DNA from: an uncultured cyanobacterium
GTDB lineage: Bacteria; Cyanobacteriota; Cyanobacteriia; CAKZMO01
Assembly: GCA_963719515.1 (NCBI GenBank)
Contig: CAVRCJ010000003.1
Coordinates: 766,470-830,469, forward strand
Direction: 5' to 3'
Length of the DNA stretch: 64,000 nucleotides
Shown piece after piece: positions 60,312-64,000 of this stretch (position 1 is the first letter of the stretch; the number at the start of each line of letters is the position of its first letter). The notes under the pieces are model-generated. The model worked only from the letters and a program-made list of their open reading frames with translations, did not search any database and was not told the DNA's origin. The translations under genes were made by a program, and so were the position numbers.

Positions 60312-62192
60312 TTACGCAATTTTGCAGCGCCGCCAAAACCGCAGCGTCTCGTCGGCGCTGCCGCTAACCAACTGGTCTCCGGTGGGGTTAAGGGCGATCG
60401 CGCTGACGCACCAGTCGTGGGGCAGGGCATGAAGCCGGGCAATGTTCTGCGGCTGGGTGAGGAGGCTAGATTCGAAGGGCTCTTTTGGCTCGCTGGCGCT
60501 GCCCGGCAGCCCCCAAAGATGAATTTGAGCATCATCACCGCCGCTCGCAAGCCGCTGAGGAGAGGGGCTTAGGGCCGTCACGGCTCCCTGATGGGCTGCC
60601 GTGACGTAAAGCCGACTCATGTCGACGATATCCCACAGCTGCAGCTGTCCCCGCTCATCCCCTAAAGCAAGGACGTCCCAGCGGGGCAGAACGGCCATGG
60701 CGGTTACGGCAGCGCCTACCTGCAGCACGTTGAGGGGTTTGGCCGAATCTAGATCCCAAAAGCGAATGGTGCCGTCGTGGCTGCTGCTCACCAAGATCTG
60801 CTGATTGGGGCTGATGGCGAGGCCGCTGATCTTACCCCGGTGCTGCCGCCAGCGCTCAATCGCCACGCCGTTTTGCCAATCCCACAGCTGCAGGGCGCCG
60901 TTCGCCCCTCCGCTAATCAAGAGGCTAGGCGTAGCGGCGATCGCGCTTACGTCCCAGCTCTGGCTCACCAGGCGAGTTTGCCGCCTGCAGTCTGCCAAAG
61001 ACCAAACGCATAGGGTGCCGTCGTCGCTGCTGCTGAACAAGGTCAGTTCATCATCGCTGATCTGCAGAGCGCTGATGCGATCGCGGTGCCCCTTTCGGCC
61101 TGGCTGGATCACCTGACGGCATTCTCCTTCCCAGGTCCAAACTCGAATACTGCGATCGCTGCCGCCGCTGACAACGGTGGTAGGGCCAGCGGCGATCGCC
61201 GTCACCGCGCCGCGATGATCTGTGGCCCTGTGGTGGCAGCGCCAGGTGTCTTGAGCGCTGTCTTGAGGCGGCGGGCTGGGCGGGAGCTGTGGGGTGAGGG
61301 CTGGCAGGGCCTCCAAATCCCTGAGCACGGCGGCAGCAGTGCGGTAACGCTGGGGGGCGGGGCGCAGCAGCTGGGCGAGAACCTGCCCTAGCTCTGGGCT
61401 CACCAGGGGAGCAAGATAGGTCTGGCGCAGCTGGTCGGTTTGCGCTGCCGAGTAGAGGTCAAAGGGCGAGACCAAGGTCAATAGCTCAGCGCACAGTAGC
61501 CCCAGGCTGTACAGGTCGCTGGCAAAACCAGGCTGTCCCGCAACCTGTTCGGGGGCGGCATACTGCGCATTGCCCGCTGGCTTGGCGGCCATAGATCCCT
61601 CAACCAAGGCAGCGCCAAAGTCTACCAGCCACAGCCGCTGAGACGCCCCGCAAATGATGTTTTCCGGCTTGATATCTTGGTGGACAATACCGTGGTCCTG
61701 CGCCCTGCTCAGCACTGGCAGCAGCTCACTCAGCAGCTGACGCGCCTCGGCTTCGTCAAACGGCCTCCCTTCAGCCAACCGCGCGGCCAGCGAGACCCCG
61801 TCGATCCAGGCCCAAACCAAGTGCCAGCTGTCTCCCCGAAGAATTGCCTCCAGCAGCTGAGGCACTTGGGGATGCTGACTAAACTGTTCCAAACGCTGGG
61901 CGTATGCTGAAAACTGGGGCCGAGAGAGCTGGGGCTGAACCTCGCCCTCAGGACTAAACCAGCCCTGCTGAATGACGCAGCTGTGCTGCCCTCGCCCTTT
62001 GGGGTGGTTCTCTTTAGGCTGATGGTCTAGGCCTTGCCACGTCCTGCTGACGGCGCTCTCCCCAATGAGGGCGATCGCCCGGTAGCGCCCGGCCAGCTCC
62101 AGCGGTGAGCCACAGGACCGGCAGACCTCTGCGGTGAATGGGTTCTCGGGGTAGGGGCAATATCGATTAAGGCAGTAGCAGCCGTCGTTCAT
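60312..62192 (-). CDS. Ser/Thr kinase-like + WD40 protein
   Basis: N-terminal C4 zinc ribbon, HQDIKPEN, DFG, APE, ~7 WD repeats. Confidence 0.9.
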   Translation of the reverse strand: MNDGCYCLNRYCPYPENPFTAEVCRSCGSPLELAGRYRAIALIGESAVSRTWQGLDHQPKENHPKGRGQHSCVIQQGWFSPEGEVQPQLSRPQFSAYAQRLEQFSQHPQVPQLLEAILRGDSWHLVWAWIDGVSLAARLAEGRPFDEAEARQLLSELLPVLSRAQDHGIVHQDIKPENIICGASQRLWLVDFGAALVEGSMAAKPAGNAQYAAPEQVAGQPGFASDLYSLGLLCAELLTLVSPFDLYSAAQTDQLRQTYLAPLVSPELGQVLAQLLRPAPQRYRTAAAVLRDLEALPALTPQLPPSPPPQDSAQDTWRCHHRATDHRGAVTAIAAGPTTVVSGGSDRSIRVWTWEGECRQVIQPGRKGHRDRISALQISDDELTLFSSSDDGTLCVWSLADCRRQTRLVSQSWDVSAIAATPSLLISGGANGALQLWDWQNGVAIERWRQHRGKISGLAISPNQQILVSSSHDGTIRFWDLDSAKPLNVLQVGAAVTAMAVLPRWDVLALGDERGQLQLWDIVDMSRLYVTAAHQGAVTALSPSPQRLASGGDDAQIHLWGLPGSASEPKEPFESSLLTQPQNIARLHALPHDWCVSAIALNPTGDQLVSGSADETLRFWRRCKIA

Positions 62193-62216
62193 CTGGGGCG
62201 AGGGCTCAAGTTTTAC

Positions 62217-62909
62217 TTAGTAAACCCGCACTTGCGAGATGGCGATCGCCCCGGAAAAGCACATGTCCACGTCGGAGCCCGGATCTCTGGGGCGCTGACT
62301 GTAGTTTCCCACATACCGGATGGCATTTTGCTCTAGCTGGTAGTCCGTGGGCAGCGGCTGACTGCACAGCGGGCAAAAGACCATGTCGGGTTCAGGCTCG
62401 CTGGCGCTCACGGTGGGGAGGTTAACGTTCCAAAAGGTTCCCGGCTCAGAGGGCTGACTCAAGAGCTTCGACAGCACCATCGCCGTTAGCTTTGCCGCCC
62501 TGTCCCAGTCGATGGGCGCTCTGTTTTTGATGTATTGGGAGATGGCGATACCCGGCACCCGGTGCAGCAGTCCTTCTCGGACGGCGGCTACCGTCCCCGA
62601 AACATGCACATCGGCTCCCAGATTCCCCCCAGCGTTGATGCCGGACAGAATATACTTGGCCTCTGGAACCAGCGCGTTAACGGCGACGCGGGCACAGTCG
62701 GCGGGGGTACCGTCTAGGGCGATCGCGTCAGGTGAGCGGCGGTCTATGGCGATGGGCCGGCCCCGAGTCAGCTGATGACTACAGCCTGAGTGGGGCCGGG
62801 TAGGGGCAACCGTGACCGAGTTGGCAATGTCGCAGAGGGTAAGCGCCTGCTTGAGAGATTGAATGCCGGGGGCGTCGATGCCGTCGTCGTTGGTGAGGAT
62901 GAAAGTCAT
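62217..62909 (-). CDS. surE: 5'/3'-nucleotidase SurE
   Basis: LTNDDGIDAPG, GTPADC, SGINAGGNLG, SGTVAA. Confidence 0.95.
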   Translation of the reverse strand: MTFILTNDDGIDAPGIQSLKQALTLCDIANSVTVAPTRPHSGCSHQLTRGRPIAIDRRSPDAIALDGTPADCARVAVNALVPEAKYILSGINAGGNLGADVHVSGTVAAVREGLLHRVPGIAISQYIKNRAPIDWDRAAKLTAMVLSKLLSQPSEPGTFWNVNLPTVSASEPEPDMVFCPLCSQPLPTDYQLEQNAIRYVGNYSQRPRDPGSDVDMCFSGAIAISQVRVY

Positions 62910-62981
62910 TCAGGAATAGGCGCTATTGCTGCGATCGCTACAGGCTTTATCGTAGCGAACTGAACCCGACTGGAGGCTATC

Positions 62982-63629
62982 TTACGGCTCTAGCGCTCGC
63001 CGGGCGGCCTCTTCAATCTGCCGGGCAGCGGTGGCTTTACGCTCGCTGTAGCGATCCGTCAGCTCGTCTACCTGGTCCCGCAACAGCAGGGTGAAGCGAT
63101 ACAGCTCTTCCATAACGTCCACGACGCGATCGCGGTAGGCTGACGCCTTCATCGTGCCGTCTTCTTCAAACTCTTGGTACGCCTTGGCCACTGAAGACTG
63201 GTTGGGAATCGTGAACATCCGCATCCAGCGTCCCAAAATGCGCAGGGTGTTGACGGCGTTGAACGACTGGGAGCCCCCTGAAACCTGCATCACGGCTAGG
63301 GTTCTCCCTTGGGTAGGCCGGACTGCCCCGATGTTGAGCGGGATCCAGTCGATTTGAGTTTTCATCAGTCCGGAAACGTTACCGTGCAGCTCTGGGCTCG
63401 ACCAGACCTGCCCTTCTGACCATAGGGAAAACTCTCGCAGCTCCTGCACTTTGGGGTGGGTGTCTGGCTCGGCGTTATGAAGAGGGAGACCCCGAGGATT
63501 GAAGAACTTTGTCTCGGCACCAAAGTCTTCAATGATGCGGGCCGCTTCCTCTGCCAGTAGCCGGCTGTAGGAGCGCTCCCGCAGAGAGCCATAGAGAAAA
63601 AGAATCCGGGGTTTGTGGTCAGAACTCAT
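62982..63629 (-). CDS. arsH: Arsenic resistance NADPH-dependent FMN reductase ArsH
   Basis: [41 protein letters not shown]. Confidence 0.96.
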   Translation of the reverse strand: MSSDHKPRILFLYGSLRERSYSRLLAEEAARIIEDFGAETKFFNPRGLPLHNAEPDTHPKVQELREFSLWSEGQVWSSPELHGNVSGLMKTQIDWIPLNIGAVRPTQGRTLAVMQVSGGSQSFNAVNTLRILGRWMRMFTIPNQSSVAKAYQEFEEDGTMKASAYRDRVVDVMEELYRFTLLLRDQVDELTDRYSERKATAARQIEEAARRALEP

Positions 63630-63769
63630 AACCGAAGTTTTGTAGGAAGGTAGACTTTTAACGGGCTGGCAGTCTTACAGTGTCGGTAGTGTCGCCGAGT
63701 AAGTTTAGAATGTGCTGGACCTCTTCGGCTCGGTTTTCTTGATGTAGCAGCGCCGCCAGCGCCAGATAG

Positions 63770-63916
63770 GTTTACTTCGCAGCGCTTTACCCCGTTGAGT
63801 TCAACCGCCTCGATGACCTTGCGGCGTAAGTCAATGCTGTATGGGGTTGCCATGACAGATACTGAGAGCGGCTATTTCCCTATTCTATGTCTTAACCTAT
63901 TATGGCGATCGCTATA
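63770..63916 (-). pseudogene. Truncated IS630-type element (left end plus start of HTH ORF)
   Basis: MATPYSIDLRRKVIEAVE; minus-strand end TATAGCGATCGCCATAATAGGTTAAGACA; rest missing. Confidence 0.7.
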
Positions 63917-63959
63917 TGTGGAAGGGCAGAAGAGCCCATAGGATTACTCGCCTTCGGCT

Positions 63960-64000
63960 CACCGTCTTACTATCCCACCTCCTTTAGGGGGGGATATAGG
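63960..64000 (+). mobile_element. Probable end hairpin of another IS200/IS605 element running off the window
   Basis: TATCCCACCTCCTTTAGGGGGGGATATAGG resembles 50521-50552. Confidence 0.5.

Noticed and set aside
1..64000. Frequent GCGATCGC octamers as a novel repeat; tRNA, rRNA, reverse transcriptase or DGR
   Set aside because: The octamer is the known cyanobacterial HIP1. No tRNA/rRNA or RT motif was recognised by eye; a tRNAscan/Infernal run would be needed to exclude them.

Overview
This 64 kb window looks cyanobacterial (abundant HIP1 GCGATCGC octamers, psaL, crtH, cofH, an SLH porin, a CBCR kinase), probably a filamentous Leptolyngbya/Nodosilinea-like lineage. Positions 1-9.1 kb form a defence/accessory island next to prfC: a YeeB/YeeC-like helicase tail and GIY-YIG nuclease, a PliG-like lipoprotein, complete IS630 and IS1380 elements, and a GmrSD-like DUF262-DUF1524 nuclease. 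The rest is mostly housekeeping and envelope genes (prfC, trmFO, cofH, pilD, accD, crtH, upp, surE, arsH) with accessory modules between them. Most notable: (i) a ~220 nt highly structured leader with its own promoter in front of a small unknown protein (19.9-20.45 kb); (ii) a small membrane protein plus CHAT protease-STAND ATPase-TPR operon with an AT-rich, apparently swapped sensor tail (22.5-25.9 kb); (iii) a 383 bp protein-less IS200/IS605 derivative that seems to encode only a structured omega-like RNA and replaces the middle of a lipid kinase domain; (iv) a family of ~21-25 bp double-hairpin insertions, two inside tnpB; (v) a LexA-box-preceded trio of unknown envelope genes; (vi) an orphan PsaL2-like gene; (vii) a catalytically dead, frameshifted PEP-CTERM metalloprotease. 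No rRNA, tRNA or CRISPR array was recognised. All calls come from reading motifs by eye; no searches were run.
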